64,000 bases of DNA from positions 310,001 through 374,000 of the forward strand of contig JASTWF010000366.1 of the NCBI GenBank assembly GCA_030390025.1, read 5' to 3'. The DNA is from Squalus acanthias. Lineage: Eukaryota. Numbering within the stretch: the stretch's first letter is position 1; each line of letters begins with the position of its first letter. The translations under genes were made by a program, and so were the position numbers. Shown piece by piece: positions 25,021 to 37,701 of the stretch. Under the pieces are notes generated by a model. That model did not search any database and had not been told where the DNA came from. It saw only the letters and a program-made list of their open reading frames with translations.

Positions 25021-25870
25021 AGTGGTGTCGGCAAACTATTTCTTACTGAGCTGTGAGGTGGTTTGCTAACTCTTAATAGAACAGTTTCCCTGTCAACAGG
25101 AATGTAGATATTTAATACATGGGTGAAGCCTAATATTGAGAAGGGTGATGTGGCTTGCAAAAGGTTAGATTACAGGCTGGGCACTGAGCTGTGCTGCAGA
25201 GGTTTGAGTGCCTCTTTCACATACCTCCCACTAACTGGTCTGTGAGTGGTCCAGGCAGAGGCCAGTGACGAGATTGCTATTCTGCTTTCATTCCTGGGAA
25301 ATATTCAGCAGCTGAAATAAAAACAGAAAATACTGGAACTACACAGCCAGGGTCTGTCAGCGTCTGGAAAGGAAAGATTACATTTTTCAGGTGGAGCCCT
25401 TCATTATAAACATTATTCGCAAAATGTTACTGATCTAATTTCTTAGGAAGATCATCTTTCCCCTTTCCCACTGCATTGAATCTCATTTGCCCCCCAAACC
25501 CACCATCCTTGCTTCGACCTTATCCCCAGGGTTCACAAACATGACTGTTCAAGCAAGGCCATTGTATCAGCTTGCTCCTGTCCCACCAAACTAATCTTCT
25601 CTTACCTTGATTCCACTCTCTCTGCCCAATGACATTCAGGACTCCTCTGATGCTCGCCGTCTAGTTCTGATGAAAGGTGCCACCTTTTTCAAATGCTGAC
25701 TTACTGTTCCGCAATTCCAGAATTCTCTGCTTTTAGTTCAGATTTACAGTATTCACAGTTTTATTTTTAACTTGTATATTGGGCAGCTTTAAAAAAAAAC
25801 TAAGATTACAGGAGCAAACAAAATTAAAATCTTATCTGACAGCTTATTTTTTCTAAAGAACATCTTTTAA

Positions 25871-26074
<204 letters not shown>

Positions 26075-26520
26075 TGAGAATAATAGTGGTTCTCTTTAAC
26101 CAGTATAATGTACAAGTGATTCTTGTGGTGAAAAAATTGGGAACAGTGAGGAGAGGGGCCACATTATGCATTCCATCCTCTCATTTACTGAATGTGAGTT
26201 GTACACAAAATGTTCATTCATGTGCTGCCTCTAACAAGTAGGGACTGAAACATTTGAGATTACCAGGTGGTTCAGGACAGTGGATTCTTCTTTGTGAGAG
26301 TTACAGTTAATCTTGTTGAACCACAGGCACAGTATCTGTTATCCTATCTGTGCCAGCAGTATGAAACTGTGAGTGAAGCCAATGTATTACTGCAAATATA
26401 ACAAAATCAAAATGCTGGGGTGAAATTGGTATCCAAACTTCCCTCATCAGCTTTAACCCAAACTTGTGTAAACCTGCCTGTCAGTGCAGTGTGACTAGTA
26501 CCATGGGTTGTATTATCTAT

Positions 26521-26645
26521 ATATGCTTTGGCGATTCTGTATCTAATTTACTTCACCTGAGGAAGGAGCAATCGATAGCTCCGAAAGCTTGTGATTTCAA
26601 ATAAAACTGTTGGACTATAACCTGGTGTTGTGCGACCTCTCAATT
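26521..26645 (+). mobile_element. Penelope-like element terminal remnant containing a hammerhead ribozyme motif
   Basis: Matches 52705..52790; flanked by an imperfect direct repeat ttgtatt(a/g)tcta. Confidence 0.7.
26553..26594 (+). ncRNA. Minimal type I hammerhead ribozyme motif
   Basis: tcac-CTGAGGA-a-GGAGC(aatcgata)GCTCC-GAAA-gc-TT-gtga gives stem I, core boxes, a 5-bp stem II and a palindromic AGCT stem III. Confidence 0.68.
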
Positions 26646-27879
26646 TTGTATTGTCTACGCAGGTTTGGGTTAAAACTCATTAGGTAAGCTTGGATACTGA
26701 TTTTACACAAGGACTTTGAGATTGTTGTATTTGCAATATTTTGAGAATTTGTCGATAATGACATAAGTTTTTAGAACTGTGGTTCTCACCTAGGTGGCTA
26801 TTCTTCACTTCCTAGGTCTTAATGGTGAATATTAACAGATTATAGACCATGGGGTGGTGGGTGTACAACAGCTATGCTGATTCCTGTCCTTATCTCGCAA
26901 TCCAGTGGGGTCACCAGATAGCTGTCTGAAGTGGAAACCCTAGTTGATTTTTCAAATTCCCTTTTTCCTCCTATTCTTTTCCACCACCCTATAAAGTGCA
27001 CCCATATGTCTTTCCTACACTAGGAGTGCTATAAAATTTTAATTAATTTTGGGAAGAAGTTAGAAGTGAGTTGTAGGACGGTAAGATTAGAATCAGTGGG
27101 ATTATATTCTTGATGATCTGGGAGATAATGGTTCTGATGAAGAATCCTGCTTGAAATGTTACATCTTCTTTCCTTTTCAGTCACTGGCTGGCCTACTGAG
27201 AACTTCTGTTTTTATTTGTTTTTCGGTGTTCAGTTTTTTTTATCTCTTAGTTCCCTGTGTTACCCCAAGAAAGTTTTTTAAATTGTAAAATTGTTTATGC
27301 TATGTTGTCTCATAAGGGTTAGTCCTTGCGTAAAGATCCATTTTTACAGAATGACGAGCTTTTTGTCCATTAAGGTCACTGTGTAAAGATACCTTGTGAA
27401 AGGGCTTACCCAGGTCAGGAAGGTCATGTTTTTACTAAGTAATGGAAAACCTGAATATGGCTAACCACAGGATTAGATAAAAGGATCGGTAAAATGTGAA
27501 ATAAAATGAAACAAATGCTCAATAAGAAATCTCCACGGAGCTATTAATAGACCGGAATAAATATTTTTCTAGTTTAATTTCTCAGGCAGGGCTGTAATTA
27601 TTTAGAATCAATATCGGTGCAGAAGTAGAGATTTTGTTAAATAAAAAAACGTTCACAGACAACGGAAATAATTTCAGAAGTTTTTTAAAATCATTTTTAA
27701 ATATTGTGCTTTTGGTAAAACTTTGGTTCAGCGAACATGTTGCAATTATTGTACTTACAAAGTGGCAAGTTGACTTCGTAAGTGTTTCAGTAATCATTAA
27801 ACAGTTGTCATTTTTGAACATAAAACATCAGTTTTTAAGAATAGTGAAAGGCCGTTAGGTCCTACATCCGAAGATATGA

Positions 27880-28480
27880 CGTCAGGTTCCACATGAATGC
27901 CGACTACACCCAGCTGTACCGCACCACCATGTCTCTCGACCCCTCCACTGTCTCTGTGTTGTCAGACTGCTTGTCCGACATCCAACCCTCCGCCACAAAC
28001 TCCATTCCCTCGCTACTGATTGCAACCCCCACCCTGGCCACTGTCTCGGGCTGAACCAGACTGTTTGCAACCTTGGCACCCTATTTGGCCCTGAGCTGAG
28101 CTTCCTACCTCATATGCTCTCCGTCACCAAGACCGCCTACTTCCACCTCCATAACATCACCCGTCTCCGTCTCCGCCTCTGCCTCAGCCCATCCGCTGCT
28201 GTAACCCTCATCCATGCTTTTGTTATCTCCAGACTCAACTATTCCAATGCTCTCTTGGCCGGCCTCCCATCTTCCACCCTCCACGAACTTGAGCTCATTC
28301 AAAACTCTGCTGCCCATATCCTAACCCGAATCAAGTCCCATTTACCATTACCCCGTGCTCATTGGCTTTGGGTCCACCAACGCCTCAGTTTTAAAATTCT
28401 CATCCTTGTTTTCAAATCCTTCCATGGTCTCGGCCCTCCCTAATTCTGTAACCTCCTCCAGCCCAACAACTCTCCAACAA
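27880..28480 (+). mobile_element. L2-type LINE 3' fragment
   Basis: ORF 28114: TLIHAFVISRLNYSNALLAGLP...LIQNSAA is the typical L2 C-terminus. Confidence 0.8.
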
Positions 28481-28867
28481 CTTTGTGTTCAAACTGTTAC
28501 AGACAGCAAGGAGAGGAAACTTTTTAATTCCGTCAGTATGGGCTGGATTTGAACCCAGGGCCAAAGGTGAAAGGTTACGATCTAACCCACTGCAAACCCC
28601 AGTTCCCAAGCCCAATTTTTCTGAATCTCTGTTTATAACTTAAATTCCTGGTACCCAGAATCATCATCGTTCTTTGTTTGCCTCTGTACCTTCTCAGGGC
28701 AATAATACTATATATGAAATAATATAATATAACATTTAACACTTGTAAAATGGTATGCTTATTTTTCTGAACTGAGTATAGTCCATAAGTACAAAGCTTT
28801 TACTGCATAAATATTTGCTACGTAAGTCACATTTTCTAATGATTATGAATCTAGTGAAAACAAAATG

Positions 28868-29151
28868 TTTATTATAAATCAATCTAAAGCATCCGTTATC
28901 TTTGTGTTAATACATAGAAATGAGCATTATGGTTTGTGGAGAAAGTTGATTGTGGAAGTCAATGTGACTCAGTATTTTCATCAAATACAATGACAGCCTA
29001 GTCATCTGATGGTGAATAGTAACTTTCCAATGGAATAAAACTGATTTTCTATTTACTAACTTGGTAACTATTCCCTACCCACTGTGGTTTGATTGCTGTA
29101 TTCTGAGGAACACTGGAATTGGCCTCTGTGGTAAAATGTATTTGATTTATT
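28868..29151 (-). terminator. Candidate ANGPTL3 polyadenylation signals (AATAAA at 29151-29146 and 28873-28868)
   Basis: TTTATT on + in the AT-rich unique sequence downstream of the stop codon; which one is used is unknown. Confidence 0.4.
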
Positions 29152-29556
29152 TTAGTGTATTTTCAGACCTGCAGTCATGATCAGTTGTTTAAATTTAACT
29201 GACATACAAGGTTATGTGGTACTAGATATGACTTTTGCACACTTTATAAGCATAATTTTGGAAAAGTCAGTGGAAAGTAAGGGGTTTCTTTACAAATTTA
29301 CCTACTATTTTGTCCAATACAATGGGAAATCTATGTGTGTTTAACACCATTTAAATTTGTCACTGGGGACTGTTGTGAATATTAACGTGTGTTCCACAGA
29401 ATTCTCACGCAGTCTTCATAACTTAATAATGTTACTCGTGTACTAAACCCTTTGTGTTCACTATTGCGGAGAAGTGAGTAACAGTGTCAGTGCCGTAACA
29501 ACGTCAGTGCCCATGTCTTGTTGCAGCCACATTATTTGAAACTAAATAAATGCTCT

Positions 29557-29738
29557 TCAGTCAAACTTTTCTGAATTGGAGGGACGGATCATCATTTTTG
29601 TTGACTTCAGGGAATATGACTTTCCCTTCCAAGTGATCCAAAATATTCCCTTCCTTCGCTCCAGTTTTCCCTTTGATCTTACTTTGATGTATTTTCCATT
29701 CAAGTTGGCTTCTCCACATGCGTTAAACCACCATCCTC
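29557..29738 (-). CDS. ANGPTL3: ANGPTL3 exon 7 coding part, GWWFNACGEANLNGKY...KSTKMMIRPSNSEKFD*
   Basis: ttttttgaaaag| acceptor, TGA at 29559-29557, 182 nt. Confidence 0.94.
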
Positions 29739-29804
29739 CTTTTCAAAAAAAAAATGTCAAGGTTGGTATAAGAGACATTAAACATGATGTGTAGACACAT
29801 GGCG

Positions 29805-30243
29805 GGGGGGTGGAATTTTAACATAGGTGAGCGGGTGGGAGTGGGTGCAGATGCGGGGGGGGGGTTAAATGGGGAAAAATTGGAATCATGTCAGGTAGCT
29901 GGCTCCAACCCGCTGACTTCCGGCTTTTACTCAGGCGGGACAAGGGGCGGGCAGCCAATCCGCTCCCAGGAGGCGGGTTGGCACTTTAAATATGATAATA
30001 AGGCTAGAAGCCTTGGATTTAACCTGCATTGATTTGATCCCCCCCCCCCCACCGGGGTCGGGGATCGGACCTACCTGGTCCTGCGGCCTCGTCGAGAGTT
30101 CCCCACCCGACTGGAAGCCAAGCCTGACGTCAGGCGCATGCACAGCGTGCGAGGAAACCCAGACTTTCGGGTTTCCTGCACACTTCCGGACGCCCCCCCT
30201 CCCCCGCCCCTGTTCCCAGCCAGTCTGCAGGTAAAAATTCCAT
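29805..30243. mobile_element. GC-rich MITE-like element in ANGPTL3 intron 6
   Basis: Imperfect TIRs gtggaattttaac / ggtaaaaattccat around a GC-rich core; TSD unclear. Confidence 0.5.
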
Positions 30244-31307
30244 AATGTGTAATTTCCACTGTTCAGTAATTCTTGAATTTTGTACAATAAATGGAACATT
30301 CAAGAGGAGATTGGGTAAAGTTTTTTTTTTCTCCACTTTATTCCCCTCTCTTGAAAGCACTAACTGTTTATAATCCAACAAGCCCTGGGTGTCTCTGGTA
30401 CTTGGCCAAGTGGCCATTCTTCATGTGTGAGCTGAGACAGTGATTGCTGGCAGGCTATTGAACTGAGAAGGTTGAGCCCATTTCTGTCCTCACACAACAT
30501 CCACACAGATTGCTTTTCCAGCAGGGATATTGATCAGATGCAGGAACCTTCCCTAGCTATGAGATGGTATCTTAATTATAGTAATCCCGACTGCTTTCCC
30601 AGCTGAGATCATCTAACTCAGCTCAGACCAGGTTTTGAACCTGGGTCCTCCCTGGACTATATAGTTCAATACAAAAGCAGGTGACGCATTTGTCTTCTAA
30701 CACTGGGCCAATACTTCTGAGTTATACCTGATCTTCACTGAATGAAAACACAAGTGTTTCACTAGTTAAACTGCAGCATCGCTGAGACCATCCACAACAA
30801 GTCTCTTGGACAGAAAACAACCACATGGATGACTATTCTGAATGCATCTCTGCCCATCTGCCATTTTTCTGAGTGGGACTGCTATTCTTCCCAAACCTAT
30901 GATTCTCATTCCGGCATTCCAAATGCAAGTTGAAAAGCTTATATTCTAAGGTTATCTTAGAGATCCTGACTAAATAAGGATATAGGAATTTTTAGGAACA
31001 GGAACATTCTCTTAGGCCCAACAGCCCTGTCCCATTTCGATTGATCTTAATCCCACTTACTCACCTTTTCATCATAGACCTTAATCTCGCCCTTTCTGGA
31101 AAAGTGTCTAAATGCCCTTTGAACCCTGTATACTGTCTGCTTCAATTGCCTTTCCTGCTACCTTATTCCACAACTCAATTACCCTTTGGGTGAAAAGATC
31201 CACCTGACTTCCCTTCTTACTCCTAACGTACTGGTTTTTATTTGGTATTTGAATCCTTTGTCACAGTGAACAATAGATATCAAGTGTTTTTTTTAAATTA
31301 GAGTTAC

Positions 31308-31583
31308 CTGAATAACTTTCAGCGCAGTTAGTGTCATTTCTCATGTCGTTGTCCCTGTCCTTGGTGGAGAATTTCATTCCTGCCTGTTCAGTCATTGCGT
31401 TGAGGAGATTTCCCAGGAGGCTGTCAGAGAGTTGCAGAGTGTAATCCGTCTCTCTCTCTCCCAGGCTGAGTGTATACTTTATGAAACGCTTGTCACTTTT
31501 CCAGTCTTCCAATTCAATATGCAGTATGTACTCTCCCTGTCGTGTAATATGGTGCACCTTTTCCAGCCCTAACCAGAACTCAC
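31308..31583 (-). CDS. ANGPTL3: ANGPTL3 exon 6, EFWLGLEKVHHIT...FSTKDRDNDMRNDTNCAESYS(G)
   Basis: tgtgtag| acceptor, CAG|gtaact donor, 276 nt. Confidence 0.95.
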
Positions 31584-32341
31584 CTACACAAAGGATTAAA
31601 TAAAAATGTTTTGAAGAATTGAATTTAAAAATCAGAAACATAGTAATAGCTTTGTGCATTCTTTTGTTTGTCTTTTCAGTATTAATAGACTAGAACCGAG
31701 GTTCCCACACCAGTGTTGAGGTGGGGGTTATTGGGGGTGCAAGGAAGATGGGTTGGCCAATTTTCTCCCCCTCTGCTTGGGTACATTTCTGCAGGAACCT
31801 GCCCTCACCCAAGTGGACATTCTTCACATGAGCTGGATAGTGAATGGCAGCAGACTACTTGACTGACTGTGGGGATACTTTAGCACCATCCAATCCAATC
31901 CTCACATGTGCTAACTCATGCACGGGTACAGTTCCACAGGCATTGGTAGCCCTCACCCAAGTACCTATTTTTCATCTGCGATCCTAGATTGTGAGGGTTG
32001 GCAGTTCATTCATTCAGGAGGGCATCACAACCAAGTCCAACATCTGTGTTACAAACCACAATAACGTGACAACTTCCTCCCTTCTATGGAAGCCAATTTA
32101 AAACAAAATGGTGTTGGCCCTCTGATGGTTTAGTTGGTTAAATTGCACTGCCCAATGTGGTATGAGCGATACATACCAGGATGGTCGTAGGTTCCATCCT
32201 TTGTCTTGCTGAGTTAGCTGATTTCATCCTGGGTGGCAGTAGAAGTAATATATTTGGCCTTAGTGACCCTTCCAGTGAGGGCAAACATCAGTCGGCATTT
32301 CAGCTTCAGATTGTTATCCAGTGACCCCAGCTCAAAAGTAG

Positions 32342-33570
32342 TTTTTTTTATTCGTTTATGGGATCAGGGTGTCGCTGGCAATGCCAGCATTTATTGTCCA
32401 TCCCTAGTTGCCCTTGAGAAGGTGGTGGTGAGCCGCCTTCTTGAACCGCTGCAGTCCGTGTGGTGATGGTACTCCCACAGTGCTGTTAGGTAGGGAGTTC
32501 CAGGATTTTGACCCAGCAACGATGAAGGATCGGCGATATACTTCTAAGTTAGGATGGTGTGTGACTTGGAGGTGGTGGTGTTCCCATGCGCCTGCTGCCC
32601 TTGTCCTTCTAGGTGGAAGAGGTCGCGGGTTTGGGAGGTGCTGCCGAAGAAGCCTTGGCGAGTTGCTGCAGTGCATCTTGTAGATAGTACACACTGCAGC
32701 CACGGTACGCCGGTGGTGGAGGGAATGAATGTTTAAGGTGGTGGATGGGGTGCCAATCAAGCGGGCTGCTTTGTCCTGGATGGTGTCGAGCTTCTTGACT
32801 GTTGTTGGAGCTGCACTCATCCAGGCAAGTGGAGAGTATTCCATCACACTCCTTACTTGCGCCTTGTAGATGGTAGAAAGGCTTTGGGGAGTCAGGAGGT
32901 GAGACACTCGCCGCAGAATACCTAGCCTCTGATCTGCTCTTGTTGCCACAGTATTTATGTGGCTGGTCCGGTTAAGTTTCTGGTTAATGATGACCCCCAG
33001 GATGTTCATAGTGGGGGATTCGGCGATGGTAATGCCATTGAATGTCAAGGGGAGGTGGTTAGACTCTCGCTTGTTGGAGATGGTCATTGCCTGGTACTTC
33101 TGTGGCGCGAATGTTACCTGCCACTTATCAGCCCAAGCCTGAACGTTGTCCAGGTCTTGTTGCATGCGGGCATGGACTGCTTCATTATCTGTGGAGTTGT
33201 GAATGGCGCTGAACACTGTGCAGTCATCAGCGAACATCCCCATTTCTGACCTTATGTTGGAAGGAAGGTCATTGATGAAGCAGCTGAAGATGGTTGTGCC
33301 TAGGACACTGCCCTGAGGAACTCCTGCAGCGATGTCCTGGGGCTGTGATGATTGACCTTCAACCACCACAACCATCTTCCTTTGTGCTAGGTACGACTCC
33401 AGCCAGTGGAGCGTTTTCCCCCTGATTCCCATTGACTTCAGTTTTACTAGGGCTCCTTGATGCCAGACTCGGTCAAATGCTGCCTTGATGTTAAGGGCAG
33501 TCACTCTCACCTCACCTCTGGAATTCAGCTCCTTTGTCCATGTTTGGACCAAGGCTGTAATGAGGTCGGG
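32342..33570 (-). mobile_element. Non-LTR retrotransposon 3' part (second LINE family, CR1/L2 group) with a 382-aa RT ORF
   Basis: AFDRVWH, GVPQGSVLG and FADD motifs; 3' UTR ...gggatggacaataaatgctggcattgccagcgac...; sits inside a split SINE. Confidence 0.88.
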
Positions 33571-34303
33571 AGCATGAATTTAAGTTTGGAATTGGTTGTG
33601 ATGCCCTCCCTATTCAATAGTCTTCTGACATTTATATTCTAGGCTCACACACAAAAAGTGGTGTCAGGTACTGTGCCTGTGGAACTGTGTAAGTCAGCAG
33701 CACCTTCAGGAGAGAAGGGGAGTGCTCCACTCTGACCTGAATGGTACAGGATCTCCCAGCCACTGCAACATTGGTACAACGTGCAAAGAACATGCAGGAT
33801 CAGTAAGATTGATGGAAGGTTGTGTAATAGGACTGTAATATTTGCTTTTGTTATCAGTGCTGGAGGTCCTAGAATTAAACATTAACTCTGGGCGGATATA
33901 CTGGTCAGATAAAGCAAGCATGACCTGATTGTTTTCTTTTTTGATGCAGCTTTTAGAAAGAGGCGCTTGACCTAAAGTTGGTTTGAATTTTGAAAGCTTT
34001 CATCAGTCTGATTTTCTTTTGTTGGCGACAATATTATTCACAGAGGCACAGATTATTGTAACGTTTAATGATCTGTGCTGAGTTAGCTGATCTCTGCTGG
34101 GGTGGCTGTAGGAGTGTTGCTTTTGGTCCAGTAACTCTTGATGGAAAGTGTGCATATATGGAAAGTAGCAGAGGACAAAAATTGCACTTTGTTGTGATAG
34201 TTCACACAGCTAAATAACTTGCTGACACTCGCTGTATACTCATACACATGGAGAATGGCTACTGGGGCGGAGCCCCAAGGGTCACACTGGAGAGTGGCCA
34301 GTA

Positions 34304-34963
34304 CCTGTGGAATTGTACCCCAGCATGATTCACCACCCTGTGGAACTGTACCCCAGCATGATTCACCACCCTGTGGAACTGTACCCCAGCATGATTCGCC
34401 ACCCTGTGGAACTGTACCCCAGCATGATTCACCACCCTGTGGAACTGTACCCCAGCATGATTTACCACCCTGTGGAACTGTACCCCAGCATGATTTACCA
34501 CCCTGTGGAACTGTACCCCAGCATGATTTACCACCCTGTGGAACTGTACCCCAGCATGATTTACCACCCTGTGGAACTGTACCCCAGCATGATTCACCAC
34601 CCTGTGGAACTGTACCCCAGCATGATTCGCCACCCTGTGGAACTGTACCCCAGCATGATTCACCACCCTGTGGAACTGTACCCCAGCATGATTTACCACC
34701 CTGTGGAACTGTACCCCAGCATGATTTACCACCCTGTGGAACTGTACCCCAGCATGATTTACCACCCTGTGGAACTGTACCCCAGCATGATTTACCACCC
34801 TGTGGAACTGTACCCCAGCATGATTCGCCACCCTGTGGAACTGTACCCCAGCATGATTCGCCACCCTGTGGAACTGTATCCCAGCATGATTCACCACCCT
34901 GTGGAACTGTACCCCAGCATGATTCGCCACCCTGTGGAACTGTATCCCAGCATGATTCGTCAC
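34304..34963 (+). repeat. 33-bp minisatellite, 20 units (cctgtggaactgtaccccagcatgatt[cac/tac/cgc]cac)
   Basis: Read directly; 11-aa periodicity in four overlapping ORFs. Confidence 0.97.
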
Positions 34964-35123
34964 GTTTGGGCGGGGGTTCGGAATTAAAAAGTGTAATGGT
35001 GAGTGTACGAAATATTTGTGGCATGTCCACTTAAACCATGAAAAATGCGAACAATTCAATTACTGATTTGCCCTTCCTAACCTGGTTTGTATCTGGAGAT
35101 AGCACCTTGATCTGTGTAACAAT

Positions 35124-35835
35124 GGCCCTGAATTTCCGATTGGAGGTTTCCTGCGTGCGGATGCATCCGATCAGAAAAAAATTTAAGCACTTACCTGCTG
35201 GCTTCGTTGGTCCCGAGACTTCCGATCCTGGGCCTCTGCTCTACGAAATGCGCAGAGGCCCAGGTATCCCGGGGCGCAGGCGGTTCGCAGGCGTCCCTGG
35301 GATCACGTGGGCCATGGGGAACCAATCAAAGAAGGGAATCGCCTTTCACACTTTTGACAGGTCCGTACGGATAGATCTGTCAAAAGTGTGAATGGGGATC
35401 ACTTAAAAAACAGTTAAACATTAAAATAATTTTTTTTTAAATCACGTATTTAAAATTAGTTAAAATTACATTAAATTAAATATTTTAAACAAAAATTAAT
35501 TTTTTGAAAAAATAAATAAAGTTTTTTACGGGGCTAAAAATAAACTTACCTTTTTTAAAAGTATTTTAAAATTATAAATGAGTGAACATTTTTTATTTTT
35601 TTATTTTTTTAAACTCTTATGCTGGTAAAAGCAGGCCTTACATTATGCTTTTACCAGGCGTAAGATTTTGAAAGGTTTTCAGCGGGCGGAAGTTGTGCAG
35701 AAAGCGGAACTCTCTGCCCGCGGAGGCCCATCTCCAGGGCAGGCGGGTGATCTGTCAAGCATGCCTGAAACCGGCACTTGCGAGGTCCTTACGGGTGTCC
35801 TCGTACGCACCCGTGGGGGTTGGAAAATCTGGCCC
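35124..35835. mobile_element. PIF/Harbinger-type MITE, uninterrupted relative of 23820..25020
   Basis: Imperfect TIRs ggccctgaatttcc / ggaaaatctggccc; 3-bp TSD AAT; colinear with the 23820 copy. Confidence 0.82.
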
Positions 35836-37605
35836 AATAAGTTGAAGTACTGCTGGTTATAGGTCTATGTTGACGGGAGCAATTTGAAATGGTGAATTAA
35901 GAGCAGTAGACAAGACGTATATTGGCACAACATTAAAAGTTATTAGCTTAAGTGTATGATTTTGGCACTGCTCCACGTGTGGTAGAAGATATTTATCACC
36001 TTTATATAACTTCTTATCATGTGAAAATCTCTCAAAGGATATTACACGTGAATTGCAGTTACGATTATTACCTAGGCAAATGTGGCAGCCATTCTTCCAC
36101 AAAGAGCAGTGAGAAGAGTGCCCTCTGTTTTATTGTGTGTCTGTATTGGTTGAGGGAGGAACGTAGTGTTTCAAAATTGAGGTATTTACCTGAGGAGTTC
36201 CAATGCTAAAGTAGGGAGAAATTCAAAAGGTAATGACGAGTGGAGGTCCAACTAGTGCTGTAAAGTTACTGTGAACCGTGTGAGGAAGCGAGAACAGTTG
36301 AAGAGTCAGTGGGTTTTTAAAAAATGACCTCACTTCTGTCCTGGTAATGTTGACAGTGTTACTAGATGTGTGGGTCATGTCTCCTCAACACTAAACACTT
36401 TTTCACTCACTGCATTCTTTAACCATATTTGTTTCTCATGACTGCGCATTACGAATGTTATCATTTATTAAGGTCAAGAGTAGTTTAATGTCAAATTTGT
36501 CAACTTTTTTTTGCCTGAAGTTTACTTATGAGATCAAACATTTCCTCTCCCTGCATCCAAAGTGGCCTCTTTTCTTTCTCCGCTCTCCAAAAAAGTTGCA
36601 CCTCTCTTCCTTGGTTCGGATGGTAGATTTAGCTTGTGTACACTTCTATTAACACTATCCCACACCTTGGTTGAATAGTGCAGTCTGCTTTTCATTTCTG
36701 CCCGGTGCCATCTGGCTGAGGAGAATGGAATTCTAGAGAATGCCTCGTACCACAGCTTTCATGTGACCTCGGGAGGAGAGGGTGTCAGTTGGCTGGGGTT
36801 GAGTACTTCTGGATACTTTACATATCTGAAAATTCTATTATTTTAAATGGGACAAAATTACTTCATTAAAATTAACTTCCAAGGTCTAAAGGGATGTTTC
36901 AGGATTAAGGCTTAAACATCCTACCCTAGAGTTTTCATCCGACAAATACGTCCCTCCAATTTAATAAAGAGACTTAAGTGTGGTTATTTTTCTCCTCCTT
37001 CCCAAGCAGCCATGTGGGAACTGGTCTTCAAATTAGGACTCATCTTTGCCATTTTTTAATTTTCCTTTAACATTTTAACTCTCAGCACGCAGTTCTCATT
37101 AAAAGCGACGAACAGCTTAGTGGGAGGGTTTTTGGATCCAAGACTAGGTGAACAACATTTCATGTTTATGCACTGTGGAGCTTCAGTAACATCGACAAGC
37201 AAGCAGTATGTTGATTTTTAAAACAAATCACTTTCCATTTAATTTTTCCAATTTTCCTCTCCTGAAGGTGTTTGCTTTTTGTGGGCTGCAGTTCCACAAA
37301 TGCTGACAGCTCTCTGATATTTTGCCCAAGTTCTCAATCTTCAGGTGTGAGTCTAGACAGTGTTAGTCAGGCCCTCCAGCAGTGGGGCGTATCACAGCCA
37401 AATAATGATTCTGCCTAATCAGTTCCCCATTCATGCCTGTGCACTTTTTTCCCACGGGAGTCACCTGATAGCAATTGGGAGCGGGAACCCAGAATAACTT
37501 CCCCGCCCCCCTCCCCCTCCACTCAAGTTATATATCTTAGAAAACTACATCCAAGTAAAAATTTTCTGAAAAATTTTTGAAAATATGTTGGGATATCCTT
37601 CTTAC

Positions 37606-37701
37606 CTTCCAGTGCACCAAAACCATTTTCATAGCATTGCCAAGGCTGGTCAAAATCCACTGACCCGTCAAATCTTCGCTGGATGACTGTCCAACCACCC
37701 T
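37606..37701 (-). CDS. ANGPTL3: ANGPTL3 exon 5, (E)[31 protein letters not shown](G)
   Basis: ttttcag| acceptor, AAG|gtaaga donor, 96 nt. Confidence 0.95.

Noticed and set aside
29784..30417. Cluster of short GC-rich ORFs or a CpG-island promoter
   Set aside because: It coincides with a TIR-bounded MITE-like repeat; no coding similarity or splice support
34083..35059. Four long overlapping ORFs (226-315 aa) and CRISPR-like periodicity
   Set aside because: A head-to-tail 33-bp tandem repeat with no unique spacers. The ORFs arise because the unit is a multiple of 3 without stops in those frames. No cas genes, and the context is eukaryotic.
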